NCBI GenBank assembly: GCA_043228905.1
Contig: JBHGNT010000001.1
Coordinates: 14,322,001 to 14,386,000, forward strand
DNA from: Azolla caroliniana
Lineage: Eukaryota; Plantae; Polypodiophyta
Length of the DNA: 64,000 nucleotides
Reading direction: 5' to 3'
Shown here: one piece after another, positions 11,673 to 25,983 of the stretch
Layout of the letters: every line of letters begins with the position of its first letter
Numbering within the stretch: position 1 is the stretch's first letter
Notes under the pieces: model-generated
Database searches by the model: none
The model's input: only the letters and a program-made list of their open reading frames with translations
What the model was told of the DNA's origin: nothing
Made by a program: the position numbers and the translations under genes

Positions 11673-14600
11673 TGTTGGGAATCCGGTTCCTCCGGATCGG
11701 TAAGGACAAGCCAAACCAAGGACAATATAACTAGGGCAACTAGAGAGTGTAAACTTTTTTGGTGATCATCATTATTGTTGTATTGAGAGAGAGTGAGCAG
11801 AAAACAAAAAGCATTCTCTGTTGTAACCACCGATTGGTGAAGATAGAGCTCAGGTCGTTGCCTCAGAGTCTCACATTGTAGTATCCTTCTCTCATAGTGA
11901 TAGTTGTAGTCTGTGGGCTCCCATGGTTTTTACCGATTAGGATTTTCCACGTTAACATTTGGTGTCGTCTCTTCCACCTTGTTAAGTGCATTGTTACTTT
12001 TTGTTCAATCTTCCATTTGCGGTGTGGAACTCGGTTGTGGCTGAGCGCTATTTCTATCAATCTAGTATCAGAGCATGGAAGATCCATTCGGCGGCATGTT
12101 CAACTCACCAACTCCATCTACTCGGTGTAGAAGTCGAAGATTAGGGACATGCTAGTAGTAAAAGATCTATGGTTGCCGGTACACTTTGGAGATGCAAAAA
12201 CGGACAAAATAGATGCACCGACCTAGTAAGTGATGCACATGAAGACGACAGCCTACATTCGATGCTTCATCGACATGAGCCTTTATAACAACTTCAATGA
12301 GGAGAAGAAGGCCCACAAAGCTCGTGGAGAAGATAGGCATCATATTTGAGAACAAGAATGTCGTAAATTGAGTCTCGGTCTTTCGGAAGTTAGTGAGACT
12401 CAGATTTCAAGATGGCTCCAGCATGGTGGAGCACATGAATGTTGTCTAGGGGCTTATAAATCTGACAACCTCGCTGGAGGTACCTCTAGCTGATGAGGTA
12501 CTCGCGTTGTTGCTTCTTGGTTCCATCTTGAATAGATGGGAGACGTTGGTTGTCACTTTGGGCATTGCCGGGCCAAAAGGGAAACACCTATCCCTAGCGA
12601 GAGTAAAATCAAGCTTGCTGGATGAAGAGGCTCTTCAGAAAGACAAGGAAGTGATCTCCGACTCAAAAGCTCTAGTTACCGAAACCGACACACCATGGGG
12701 AAGAGGCCGGAATCGGAGTCCCCAAAACTGGGACAAATCGAGGACAAGGTCGAAGTCAAGGGGGGTGCCCACATGCTTCTATTGTAGGAAGTTGATGCAT
12801 TTCCAGAAGAACTACCTACATTACCGAAAAGAGAAAGGGTCTGACAATGCCGACTCGAAGAAGAGTTCGGACCGCAAGGGTTCAGATCAGAAAGGGACGT
12901 CGGCAATCGCGACAAGCGAAGAAGAACTATTGCTCATCATCGAGGAGAGAGAACTACATCTTGTCAACGATGAAAGGACGTGGGTGGTCCACTCCGGAGC
13001 GTCGTTCCATCTAACTCCCGACCGGAAGTGCTTCGCATCCTATAGAGTCGGAGATCATGGTTGTGTGAAGATGGGGAATGAAGGTGCATGCCAAATTGTC
13101 GGCATAGGAGACGTGTGGCTGATTACGTCAACTGGGTGCAAGTTGTTGTTGACAGATGTCTGACACATTCCGGAGATTCGGTTGAACCTGATATCAACTG
13201 GCCAGTTGGATGATGAAGGCCTCGAATCCAGAATGTATTCATGAAGTTCAGGAAAGGAAGCTTGATCATGGCCCGAGCTCGAAAGATCAACACAATGTAC
13301 CTAATGCATGCCCATATTTTCCGGGACGAAGTGAATGTGGCAGTGGACACTATCGGTCACTTGTGGCACAAGAGGTTGTGCCACATGAGTAAAAAAGGGA
13401 TGCGAAAACTTTCTAATGATAACCTTATTCCGGAGGTGAAATACGTGCAGCTTGAGAAGTGCACTGACTGTTTGGCCGGCAAGCGGAACCGAACTTCTTT
13501 CCAAACCCGACCACCGACAAGCAGAACCGAACTTCTTTCCAAACCCGACCACCGACAAGACGGAAAGAACCGTTGGAGCTCGTGCATACCAATGTATGCC
13601 AGGTGGACACGAAGTCACATGCTAAGTCGTAGTACTTCGTGACGTTCATAGATGACCACAAACGAAAGTTGTGGGTCTCACTGTTGAAGACAAAGGATCA
13701 GGTACTGACCGCCTTCAAGGAGTTCCACGCGAGAGTAGAAAGAGAAACCGGCCGGAAGTTGAAGGCAGTTCGAGCCAACAACGATGGAGAGTACCAGGGG
13801 AAGTATGAGGAATATTGTCAGTCAAAAGGAATCTGACTCAAATTTATTGTGCCGAAGACACCGGAGCTGAACGGTTTGGCCAAAAGGATGAACCGGACCG
13901 TAATGGAGAGAGTCCGGAGCAAGCTTGTACAATGACGTATGTGCTAAATAGATCACCCTCAGCACCCTTGGACAGAGACACACTGTAGAGAGTATGGACC
14001 GGTAAATATGTGTCTTACTGACACTTGACGGTGTTCGGTTGTCTCGCCTATGTACATGTAGCAAAGCACAAGAGAGCAAAATTAGATCCAAAGTCTTGGC
14101 CATGCATATTCCTTGGGTATGACGATGATGAGTTTTGGCTATCGAGTGTGGGACTTGGTCGACAAGAAGGTCTTTCAGAGCCGAAATATAGTCTTCATGG
14201 AAGACGAGACCATTGCCGACTGGGAGTTAAAGAAGAAGATAGTGGACTCCGGGTCGACCGACGGAGATCGGTTGGAAGATGAAAGGACACATATGGTTGG
14301 ACCGACCGAAGAAGAAATGGACACCGGAATTGGACAAGACCCTGAATCACATTCGGATGAAGAATAGATAGAGGAGTCGGTGGTCCAAAACTAAGGACGG
14401 AGATATGCTCTCAGAGAGAGAAGAGCTCCCCAGAGATTTCCCGATGCAATGCGTGTACTGCTAACCGACGAGGGGGAGTTGGAAGCTTTGAAGAAGTAGT
14501 GAAAGACACCAACGACCAAAAATGGTTGAGCACCATGCAGGATGAAATGGATTCTCTGCATGAGAACTGTTGAGAATCAAGCTCAACTTGGTCTAGTGTG

Positions 14601-16684
14601 TGAACTCACCTTGAGAGTGAAGAGACACTCCAACGGTCAAGAGTCACCATTATGTCACCACTTGCTCCATGAGCCTTGTAGTTAATAAGCTCCATGAGCC
14701 TTGTAGTTAATGAAGAGAGAGGGTGACTACATAAAGCACCCTCCTCCCATCTTGTATAATGTCGTGTCTTTCTCCTTTGTCAATATACTTTTACATTGCG
14801 TATTCCTTGTCTCTCTCTCTCTCTCATACACACACATAACTCATATCTCTTCTGCTTCACAAGAATCCATCTCTTGATTCTTTATAAGAACCATACATAT
14901 AAACTGACGGAGCTTCCAAAAGGAAAGAGAGCGTTCAGGAACAAGTGGGTGTACAAGTTAAAATCGGGAGACGCCGGAAATCCACCAAGATACAAAGCCT
15001 GGATCATTGTGAAGGAGTTCCAACAGAAGAAAGGAGTGGATTTCGACGAGATCTTTGCTCCTTCATGACCGATCACGGATACCACAAGTCGCAAGCTGAC
15101 CACTGCATATTCATGAAGAAGTTCGAGAGAGGACACTTCCTAATATTGCCGTTGTACTTGGACGACATGTTGATCGTCGGATGGGAACATATCAAGATCG
15201 GAATGCTGAAGAAGGCCTTAAGACGATCCTTCTCAATGAAAGATATGGGTCCGGCGAGGCCGATCCTGGGAATGCACATAATCCGGGACCAGTCGAAGAA
15301 ACAGTTGTGGTTGTCACAGGAGAAGTACGTGACAAAGGTGCTTCAAAGGTTCAACATGTCAAACGCTAAGTCGGTCGGGTCGACACTCCCGAAAAATTCC
15401 AAATTTCTGGAAAGCAGAGCCCAAAGACAAAGGCAGAGAAGTCGGAAATGATGAAGATATCATATGCCTCTGCAGTCGGAAGCCTCGTGTACGCAATGGT
15501 GTATACACGATCAGACATCAGATATGCAGTTGGAGTGGTTAACCGGTTCATGAGCAATCCGGGAAGAGAACATTGGGCCGCCGTCAAGTGGATAGTCTGA
15601 TACCTAAAAGGCACCTCGAGCTTGTGCCTTCGATTTGGCTCAGATAATCCCCAACTTGAAGGATTGACCAATTCAGACATGCTGGCTTATGCAGATACTA
15701 ACTGGTCTACATCCGGATATGTCATGCCATTGCAGGGAGAGCCGTATCGTGGCAGTCAAGGCTACAGAAGTTCGTTGCATTGTCGACAACGGAAGCGAAG
15801 TACATGGTAGCTGTGGAAGCCGGCAAGGAAGTAATCTGGATGAGGGATTTCATCAGAGAATTGGGGATCCGGCAGGAGGAATACCGGCTCTACTTCGACA
15901 GTCAAAACATCATCCACCTTGCAAAGAACGCAGCCTACCACTCTAGGATGAAGCAAATCCAGCGTAGATACCACTTGCCTTGGGAGAGAGTAGAAGATCA
16001 AGAGTTCACTCTGGTGAAGATCCACACCGAGGAGAACGGGTCAGATATGTTGACCAAGGTGTTGTCAGTTGACAAACTGGACAAGTGCCAAAGATGGAAC
16101 AGATTGACAAGGAGCCCCATGTTGGAGTGAAGGGGGAGTTTGTTGGGAATGTGGTTCCTCTGGATGGGGTAGGACGAGCTGAATCGGATGATCCAAAGCA
16201 AGGAGCCGGATCAGATGGACCCGGAAGGGGTCCGGCCGGATCCAATGTTAACCATGAGAAGGGACATATTGGTAAATATGTTCCTATGTGCCATTGAGGC
16301 CATACTTGCAAATAACCCGAAAAGTTATATGAGTATAAATATAACTAGGGCAACTAGAGAGTGTAAATGTTTTTTGGTGATCATCATTATTGTTGTACAA
16401 AGAGAGAGAGAGAGAGAGTTAGTGGAAAACAAGAAGCATTCTCTGTTGTAACCGCCGGTTGGCGAGATAGAGCTTGAGGTCGTTGCCTCAAAGTCTCACA
16501 TTGTAGTATCCTAGTCTCATAGTGATAGTTGGAGTCTGTGGTCTCCCATGGTTTTTCTCGATTAGGGTTTTCCACGTTAACATTTGGTGTTATCTCTTCC
16601 ACCTTGTTAAGTGCATTGTTACTTTCTATTCAATCTTCCATTTGCTGTGTGGAACTCGATCGTGGCCAAACGCTATTTCTATCA
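11673..16684 (+). mobile_element. Degenerate Ty1/copia element
   Basis: LTRs 11673-12059 and 16141-16684, PBS TAGTATCAGAGC (tRNA-iMet), PPT GAGTGAAGGGGGAG, TSD AATAT/AATAC; gag zinc knuckle, protease, IN, RT (YLDDML) and RNase H fragments. Confidence 0.9.
14568..14886 (+). mobile_element. Solo copia LTR inside the RT region
   Basis: TG...TA (decayed CA) termini, TSD AGAAC; host frame SLHEN|HTY is restored on removal; same family as 35020-35412. Confidence 0.85.
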
Positions 16685-17081
16685 AATACTAGATTGATGT
16701 TTCAATGATTGGTGTTGAATCCCTTGAAAGGGACCAAAGAGGTTACAAGTTCTAAGATTGAATATCTCTAGAAAATACTTGAGAAATATATCTAGAATAT
16801 ACCCATCTAGAATACACCATAGAATATTTCTAGAATATACTAAAGACTAGAATATTCTGGAATGTAGTATATGCTAGACTATACAATACTAAATTATTAT
16901 ATGTAAATACATGCTCATATCCAAATGATTGAGCATGACATCTTGTTGACATGAGGTTACATGTTCAATACTCACCAACTATCTAATTTATGTCACTATG
17001 TCGTGGCATTATCCTCCCCTTTACGGCTGCCTTTTCGAAAGCATGGTGTAGGGGTGAATGGGAATTGGCGCACCAAAAATC

Positions 17082-17464
17082 ATGAGCAACCATGTGTTGT
17101 CCTCACTGGAGACCGGAACACCAATGGACGTGAGTGACCATGTGCGGTCTTCATCGGAGACAGGAACACCAATGGGAGTGAGCGACCATGTGCAATCCTC
17201 ACCAGAGACACAAACACCAATGAACGTGAGCGACCATGTGTGGTCCTCACCGGGAACTGGAACAACAACGGGCATGAGAGATCATGTGTGGTCCTCACCA
17301 GAGACACGAACACCAATGGATGTGAGCGACCATGTGCGGTCCTCACCAGGAATGGAACACCAACGGGCGTGAGCGACCATGTGGGGTCCTCACCAGAGAC
17401 ACAAACACCAATGGGCGTGAGCGACCATGTGTGGTCCTCATGGGGAATTGGAACAACAACGGGT
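17082..17464. repeat. 48-bp tandem repeat, ~8 copies, next to the PPT of element C
   Basis: Unit GTGAGCGACCATGTGCGGTCCTCACCAGAGACACAAACACCAATGGGC. Confidence 0.9.
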
Positions 17465-19750
17465 GAAGGAGTGAAGGTGAAGTGTTGACTAGACTTCTTC
17501 TATCATGAGAGGGTAAATAATCGAGGTTGACCCAAAACACAGCACAAATGGTAGCATTAACGAGAAACCGACACAATCCGCACCAGGAAAGTGAGCGGTT
17601 GTAACCCCCACCAGAACTAGAAGGTGAGTGATCGAAATCAATCCTCGCCAAAGGAAAGTGTAGTGAAACTTGAACCAAAATGAAAATGGATTGCAAGCAA
17701 GCAATGATTTGATCCCCACCAGGAAAGTGAACGGTTGTAACCCCCACCGGAATAGTGAAGGTGAGCGATTGAAAATCAATCCTCGCCAAAATGGTGATAT
17801 AAAATAATACCTATAGATGATGGCAATGACAATGAGGGCAGAACAATGACAATAATGACAGACCATGAAAAGTCATATTGATGATGATGAAGGTTGGGTG
17901 ACGTAATGTTTATGAAGACAACAAGTGGTGCTAAAAAAGGATGATGTTGAAGACGAGGCAGTGAAGACAATGATGACAAGGAAGTGTCTCTAGAAGGAAC
18001 AACTATGACTATGGTGATGATGGCATCTCTAAAACCAAGGATGTTGATGACGGTAACTCTGGAAGCAACAATGGTGATGATGGTAACTCTAGAAGCAAGG
18101 GCGATGATGAAGATGGGTGATGCTTCCAGTTGGAGGGTATTCAAAATGTCACTAACTATGTAATTTATGTCACTGTGTCGTGACAGATACGGACCGACGT
18201 CGAACTGCCATTACCAAACTCTATTTATTACATCAAGGTATTTGTCAGGTATCCGTTTATGCCTCTGAATTTAGACAATTTGCATGTGATGTTCAGTGGG
18301 ATGGCCAAGAGCTCTACGACCATTTCCGTCAAGGCCTTTGAACCAAGATTAAAAATTTACTACTCAACTTTCTGGAGCCTACTTCATTGTCACAAGCCAT
18401 CATGCAAGAAGTTAGTTGTGACAATCGACTATTTGAGCTTCGTCAAGAGGAAGGAGCAACTTCAAGGTGGCAACCCTCTTTGAGATCTCCTTCATCCTCA
18501 TCATGCGATGACCCTGTGCCGATGGAAATTGATTGAGCTCGACCCCACATTTCAAATGACATTGTTATGATCGTGGCCCACATTTCATCTCAATATTCTA
18601 GAAACACTTGCTTGGGAAATCTCTTGTAAATTCTCTCTTCATGCCATCATCCACAAAGTGATTGTCAAACTCAGTGCACAAATCGGACACTAGAACAATA
18701 TCTTCAGTGTTTCATCAATTACCAACATGATGATTGGGTAGATTTTCTACACTTTGCATAGTTTGCATACAATAATTCAGTTCATTCCTCAATAGGATAT
18801 ACTGCATTCTTTGCAAATGTAGAATACCATCCGCGTTGGACAATGATTGAACATCCAAAAATCTCGAAGAACCTTATGGTTGAGGATAGCTACATCAACT
18901 CCAAGAAGTTCATGGTGCAATTTCTCACTACTTGCATACCGCTCTGTTACCGGTTACGGTTACACGGTGCGTAACCCTCAGTCCTTCGAGGTTAGGGTCA
19001 AGGTGATTATGGTTTAGGGATGAACACGTACGTCGTGACCGTGGTATAGATGACTATGTACTAATCTCGTAAGTGCTGACCTAATCGTGGAGACTCCGGA
19101 GATTTGGAGGATGGCTACAACCGACTCCTTACGCAATAGCGCGCCCCTGCATATGAGACTCGACATGGAAATGAACTCGACACGAACAGAGATAAGAATT
19201 ACGAGAACATAACAAGTCAAGCAAAACAAAGACTATATTGCAGAGATTGAATACAAAATTATTGCTCGTTATTACAAGTTTTCCATGCCCTTTATTTATA
19301 GGGTTATGGTCGGTTATGCTCGGCGCATGAACCATTACACGCATTCATAATGCTTCGGCTTTTACTACAGCTGCTACTACTCCCTCATTATTACACTTCG
19401 GCCCCCACCTGTCTACATCGCATGCCATAACCGTCCATTTTGTCTTTCCTTCTCAACTTTTCCCACTTGTCCGTCCAAGGCGGTCAACACATGGTACACC
19501 AATGGGACAGTGCATGCACGTCAAATCCATAGAAGACCTTCATTCGTCATCAAAGATGTCCAGGATGTTTGGTCCCAAACAGTCTGGTTCTGTAGAAACT
19601 ACAGAGGGTGTCGTGGTCTGCGTCATAGGCGTGGCTTTGAGGGGACTGTTAGGCTCGGTTGTCTCAACTTTGGGGGGCCCTGTGTGCGTTGTCAGTTCTG
19701 GTACGGGCGGGGCAGTGGGTTCTATTGGTTCCGGTTTCACAAGACCTTTG

Positions 19751-19842
19751 TGTTGAAGACAAGGCCGTCAATGCGGAAGATCTGATAGCATTCGATTCGT
19801 GTTGAATACCTGCGTATGACAAATTCCAAGATCTTGTGCATC

Positions 19843-19884
<42 letters not shown>

Positions 19885-22800
19885 ACAAAGGATCTTTTCT
19901 ATTCAATAGAAAAACAACAATACAACCAACCTTACAAAAAGGTTACAAGGTCACTATATATAGTGACCGACTTCGGGCAACTACCATTTATGCTAATTAC
20001 ACAAATGGCCCAAACTTGATCTATACAAGAGGATAGTGTGAATACGTCCATTATACACTTGTATTCGACACTCCCCCGTAATGGGCGTATACATGGGTTA
20101 TCTAAGATTACAGGTATAAACCTAGGTTCTCGGACATATCAGTTTTGTTCGAGTCGGCAGTGTCCGAAGGCAGAAGACCGGACTGGTCGGGTCGGAAGAG
20201 TTGAAGCCGATCATTAGGGAACTGATGTCGGTTGTCTGAAACCATCCTGCGCTGTGTCCGGCTCTAACCGGACTGGTTTGTCGTTACGCCCATTTGATGC
20301 CGAAGGGACCGAAAGCGGTCTGCCGAAAGACACTTGGTCATTCCATCTGCGACATTGTCGGTTGTAGATATTTTCTCTAGACCGATTTTCCCTGAAATGA
20401 CGCAGTCCCGAACGAAGTGATATCGAACGTCGATATGTTTGGAGGCGTTGTGGTGAACCGGATTTCTCGACAAGGCAACAACACCTTGACTGTCGCTATA
20501 GACAACTGGAGCCGAGTCATGGTCGACTTGCCGAAACGTGTGCGCCAGCCGGCCGAGCCACAAAGCTTCTTTTGCAGCGTCGGACGCAGCTACATATTCT
20601 GCTTCGGTCGTTGAGGTCGTTGTGCACTCCTGAAGTTTCGACTTCCACGAAATTGCTCCATTGCCGAATTTGAAGCAGTATCCGGTTGTTGATTTCCGAC
20701 TGTCTATACAGCCGGCGAAGTCCGAGTCGGTGTAACCGACTACGCCTGAGGTTGAGTTCGGACCGAAAAGAATGCCGTGATCTTTTGTGCCAGCCAGATA
20801 TTTGAACACATGCTTGACTGCGTTCCAATGCGATCGGCCAGGATTGTGCATAAATCTGCTAACGACTCCTACGGCATGAGAGATATCAGGCCGTGTCGCG
20901 ACCATCAAGTACATAAGGGAGCCGACTGCCGGTGCATACGGTACCGACTTCATATCTTCCCCCTCCGGACCGGATGTCGGGCAGTCTCGCTGAGAGAGCC
21001 GAAGATTCATGGGGAGCGGGGTTGAAGTAGATTTGGCTGATTGCATGTTGAAGCGTTCCAAGACACGTCCGATATAGTCGGTCTGAGACAAAAAAAGATG
21101 TCGTTTATCGCGATGCCGACTAATCTTCATGCCAAGTATGTGTCGTGCCGGACCGAGGTCCTTCATGGCAAACTTCAACCGCAGTTGCCGAATGAGATCG
21201 GCAAGTTCGCCCGCGTGGCGTCCAGAAATTAGCATGTCGTCCACGTAAATGATGAGGAAGATGGGTGATCCATCTTGAGCTGTGTTGGTAAAAAGACAAT
21301 GGTCCTCATCGCTTTTTGAGAAGCCGATCGATTGGATGAAGTCGTCGAACTTCTTGTACCATTGTCGCGGTGCCTGTTTGAGGCCGTATAGACTCTTCCT
21401 GAGTCGGCAGACTAGATGTTCTTGGCCAGTTGCCACGAAGCCTTTTGGCTGTTCCATATAAATTTCCTCTTCAAGATCACCATGGAGGAAGGCTGTTTTG
21501 ACATCTAGCTGAATCAGCTCCAAGTTGTCGGCTGCCACTACGCCGAGTAGAAAACGAAGGGTTGTCATTTTCACCACTGGTGAAAAAATCTCGTCGAAGT
21601 CGACGCCATATTCTTGTCGGAAGCCCTTCGCAACTAATCTGGCCTTGTACTTTGGGGTGGTCGAATCAGACGTCTCTTTTAGTCGATAAACCCACTTGCA
21701 AGGAAGAGCACGTCGATTCTTAGGTAGTTCGACCAGATCCCAAGTCTTGTTTGCCCGAATGGAGTGCATTTCCGACTCCATCGCCAGATGCCAGGTGGCT
21801 GAATCGACAGATGTCGATGCTTCTTCGTAAGACGTCGGTTCGCCAACGTCGGTGAAGAAAATTCCAGGAGAATACCTCTCCGGAGGTTGCGACAGTCTCT
21901 CGGATCGTCGAGGTATGATTGGACTGGTCGCATTGGGTATCGAGGTCGGATGGTCCGAAAGCGAATTATTCTGCTGTGCCGAGTCGGAGTTGTCCGAGTC
22001 GGTGGTGTAAGGTTCAGCTACCCGTGAAGCTGACCGTGTGTTAAGAGCGGGGCCTTCTTGAAGGGTCGGCACATCGGAAAATGTTACCCTTCGGACTTCG
22101 ATCGGTTTTTCGACTGATGGATTCATAGCCGACTCGTTGAACACAACGTCCGAACTTCGAACGATTTGTCTGCGTTCGGGGTCCTAGAGTCGGTATCCCA
22201 TTTCGCCGTCTGATCCATATCCAAGGAAAATGCATTTCCTGGACCGAGGTGCAAGTTTTCGGCGATCATCTTTCGGAATAAGGGCGTACGCCTCGCATCC
22301 GAAGATCCTCAGCTTGTCGTAATTCGGCTTACTGCCGATCCATAGTTCCTGAGGAATTTGAAGTCCTAGAGGTCTGCTTGGCGACATATTGATTATGTGT
22401 ACTGCCGTGAGTAGAGCCTCTGCCCAGAAGCCATCCGACAGTCCGGAGTGTTGGAGCATGGAAACTATCCGTTCTTGGATTGTCCGATTCATGCGTTCTG
22501 CAATCCCGTTTTGCTCCGGACTGTGTGGTGCCGTAAATTCACGTCGGATGCCGCGTTGTCGGCAGAATTTGACGAATTCTTCTGATTTGAACTCTCCCCC
22601 ATTGTCGGTCCGAAAGCATTTCAGTTTTCGGTCAGTTTGATTTTCTACCATAGCGAGCCAATCGGAGAAGATCGAGAAGACACGATCTTTGGTGCGAATT
22701 GGATAAGCCCACACCTTTCGAGTCGAATCGTCAATAAAACTGACGAAGTAAGAAGCACCGCCGAGAGACTGATGCGGCATTGGGCCACAGACGTCCGAGT

Positions 22801-25753
22801 GGACTAAATCGAGAGGTCTCGTTTCTCTTGGTGCTGATGTCGAGTGTGATGCGGCTGCTTGTTTGCCATACTGGCAATGTTCGCAGAATTGATGGTCCGA
22901 GAAGGAGAGTTTAGGGATGTATCCGGCTCTAGATAGGTGCGTAATGCCGGCCTTGCTGAGGTGTCCTAATCTTCTGTGCCATAGTGATGACACAGGAATA
23001 TCCACCAAAAACAGGTTACCCTCTCTGAGCGTAACATGTAACGGATACAGTGAGTGTATCTTGGGTCCTCTAGCAAGCAGGAGGTTCCCCCTGTGGAGTG
23101 TCCACCCTCCCGAAGAAAAACCGGCATGAATGCCGTCTTCATCGAGTTGTCTGACTGAGATCAATGGCCTTGAGAGCTCGGGTACATGTCGGACATTGTG
23201 AAGTACAAGTGTAGAGCCACCTGCAAGGTTGAGCTCTACTGTGCCGATTCCGATGATGTCACAGTGTTGCGAGTTGCCGACTCGAACTGAGTCGGAGTTG
23301 TTGGGATTTCGGTCCCTCCGGATGGGATGTCCAGAGATGAATGACGGCAAGCCCGGTTGCGGTTACGGAGCCGGATGATGAAGACCCTGGCTACGGAGCC
23401 GGATGATGAAGACCCCGGCTACGGAGCCGGATGATGAATACCCCGGCTACAGAGCCGGATGATGAAGACCCCGGTTACGGAGCCGGATGCTGAAGACCCC
23501 GGTTACGGAGCCGGATGACGAATGTACCCGGAGAGAGATCCGGATGCGGGGACATATTTGTGAATATGTTTTGCCAAGAGCCCTTGAGGCTATATTTGTA
23601 AATAGCCCGAAAGTCATATGTGTATAAATATGACTTAGGGCAAACAGTTTAAATGTTGTTGCTCATTTTTATGTGAAGTGATAGCAGCCGAGAGAGAGAG
23701 ACGAAGAGGTCGTTGCCTCTGTGTATTACCGCCGCCTGTGGCGAAGACAGTGAGCTCAAGGTTGTTGCCTTGCAGCTTCACCAGTGTACATCCCTGTTCA
23801 TAGTGATAGTTGGAGTTTGAGGACTCCCGTGGTTTTTCCCATTTAGGGTTTTCCACGTAAAATATCCAGTGTACCTTTCTCTCTATTGTCCTCGTGCACT
23901 TTGTATTTCCCGTTTTCTGTGAGTTGATCCTATTCCTCGGTTGTGGCCGAGCATTGTCTACAACAGGAGTGACGGATCGTATATTGCCGAAATTGGGATC
24001 GATGAGGAGTCACGTGAAATGACGCGCCCGAATCTAAGAGCCATGTGCTCGATTCTTCAGTCGTGAGCAGAACTTCTGATCCGACTGGATTTTCGATTGA
24101 TAGTATATTCGGGTCGTTTGGTAGCACATCAGCTGAGAAGCTGACGTAATTGATCTCCTCATGCCGGCCACTCTTCTTGTCTGATTTCTGAGACTTGTCG
24201 TTCTTGTTCTTGAGTGCGCGGCAGTCGGCTTTGATGTGTCCGGGTTTCTTGCAATAGTTGCAGATTCGATTATCCCGTGACTGGCTCCGTCTTCGCTGAT
24301 TGTTCGGCTGCCGTGAGGAATCTCTTCCTCGTATGTTCGATCGGTCTGTCGAACCTTGTACTACATAAGCGTCGTCTGTTGAGTCTTTGGCGAAAGACTT
24401 TCTCCAAGCTGCTTCGGTCAGGATTGTGCTCGTGACTTCGGAGTATTTAACAGTCGTGGTTGACGCGTTGCACACGGTTGTGACGAAAGTTTCCCATGAT
24501 GAGGGAAGGCTGCTCATGAGTATCATTGCTCTGAGTTCATCCTCGATTGCCGTCCCCTGAGATGAGATTTGGGAGCTTATGCTTTCGTACTCATTGAGAT
24601 GTGTTTGAACCGAATCTGATTCTTTCATCCGCAAGTTGTAGAGGCGCCGGATCAGAAACATCTTTGTTGCAGCGACCTTCTTTTCGTAAGTGTCCGACAG
24701 TGTTTTCCACAGTTCGAATGCTGTCGTACACGATTGCACCGTAAAGTATACCGATTCCGATAGGTGCATCCGAATCGTGGCGCGGACGATTCTGTCCAGC
24801 TTCTGCCACTCAATTGGTTTGTATCCTTCTGGAGGTTCTTCATTTTCGATGGGATCAATTTGCCCCTTGACTATGAGATAGTCCTGCATTTGCTCCTTCC
24901 AGAAGTTGAAGTTCGATCCATCGAACTTTCGTAGACTCATTTCTGACGAGCCGGATGTTGATGCCATCAAATTTGGTTTCGGTTGACGAAGCTCGGTTCA
25001 GAGTTGACTACGAACCTTGTTGGAGTGCAGCCGGTTGGCTCACCCGATATCGTTCTAGTCGGATTTGAACCCAAGTCGGTTCGGCTTCGGATATATGTAT
25101 TGTTGAACTTGCTCGAATTGACTCCGGTAACTTGAGGGACAGAACCGACTGGTCTTCCCGAATGTTGCCGAGTCGGAGTGAGCCCGGTTCGCTTCCGAAT
25201 ATATATGCAAAAAACCGATTATTGAAGCCGATTGTCTGGACCGATTCTGCTTCGGGTGACTGCAGCGACGAGAGAGACGGATCCAACTGATCCTCCCGAA
25301 TGTCGATCAGCCAGATGAAGCACGAATTTGGGTTGTTGTCTTGAGACCGATCTGCACCGAGTGGTTACAATAAGCGGCGAGCAGCGTTTGATGACCTCTT
25401 CGGATGCCGTTTAACCGAGTGGAGCACGATCGTGTCAATGTTGCACAAGGGGATTTCACCTCGAGCGGTTACGATCACAAGAAACAGAGTACAACCGGCT
25501 GGCTTACTCCAAGCGAAGATGATCTGACGCGATGAGATGCAAACCTCGTTTTTCTTCTTCTTCTCTCTTCTTCGAATGACTCAAGAAATCGAATGTTGTG
25601 CAGGCTGAGACGACGGCCGACAGCGGGATGAAGGACCGAATACTGTGCAGGCTCTGATACCAAATGTAGAAGACAAGGCCGTCAATGCGGAAGATCTGAT
25701 AGCATTCGATTCGTGTTGAATACCTGCATATGACAGATTCCAAGATCTTGTGC

Positions 25754-25788
<35 letters not shown>

Positions 25789-25978
25789 ACACACAAAGGA
25801 TCTTTTCTATTCAATAGAAAAACAACAATACAACCAACCTTACAAAAAGGTTACAAGGTCACTATATATAGTGACCGACTTAGGGCAACTACCATTTATG
25901 CTAATTACACAAATGGCCCAAACTTGATCTATACAAGAGGATAGTGTGAATACGTCCATTATACACTTGTATTCGACA
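19751..25978 (-). mobile_element. Ty1/copia element nested in the Ty3 extra ORF
   Basis: LTRs 19751-20070 and 25665-25978, TSD CTTTG, PBS TGGTATCAGAGC, PPT ACGGGGGAG; gag-pol 24970-20264 broken by a solo LTR and a stop. Confidence 0.95.
23299..23965 (+). mobile_element. Solo copia LTR with 28-bp tandem repeats in U3
   Basis: TGTTG...CAACA termini, TSD GGAGT (single copy in the sister element at ~49620); ~5.5 copies of CCGGATGATGAAGACCCCGGCTACGGAG. Confidence 0.9.
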
Positions 25979-25983
25979 CTTTG

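Larger units (their letters stand above)
11472..18185 (-). mobile_element. Non-autonomous Tcn1-like LTR derivative C (3' LTR 17008-16685 + 11672-11472; only ~40 bp of the 5' LTR left)
   Basis: TGTCA...TGACA ends, TSD GATAT/GATAC, PPT AAAGGGGAGG adjoining 17008 on the minus strand; 18148-18185 repeats the start of the LTR. Confidence 0.75.
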
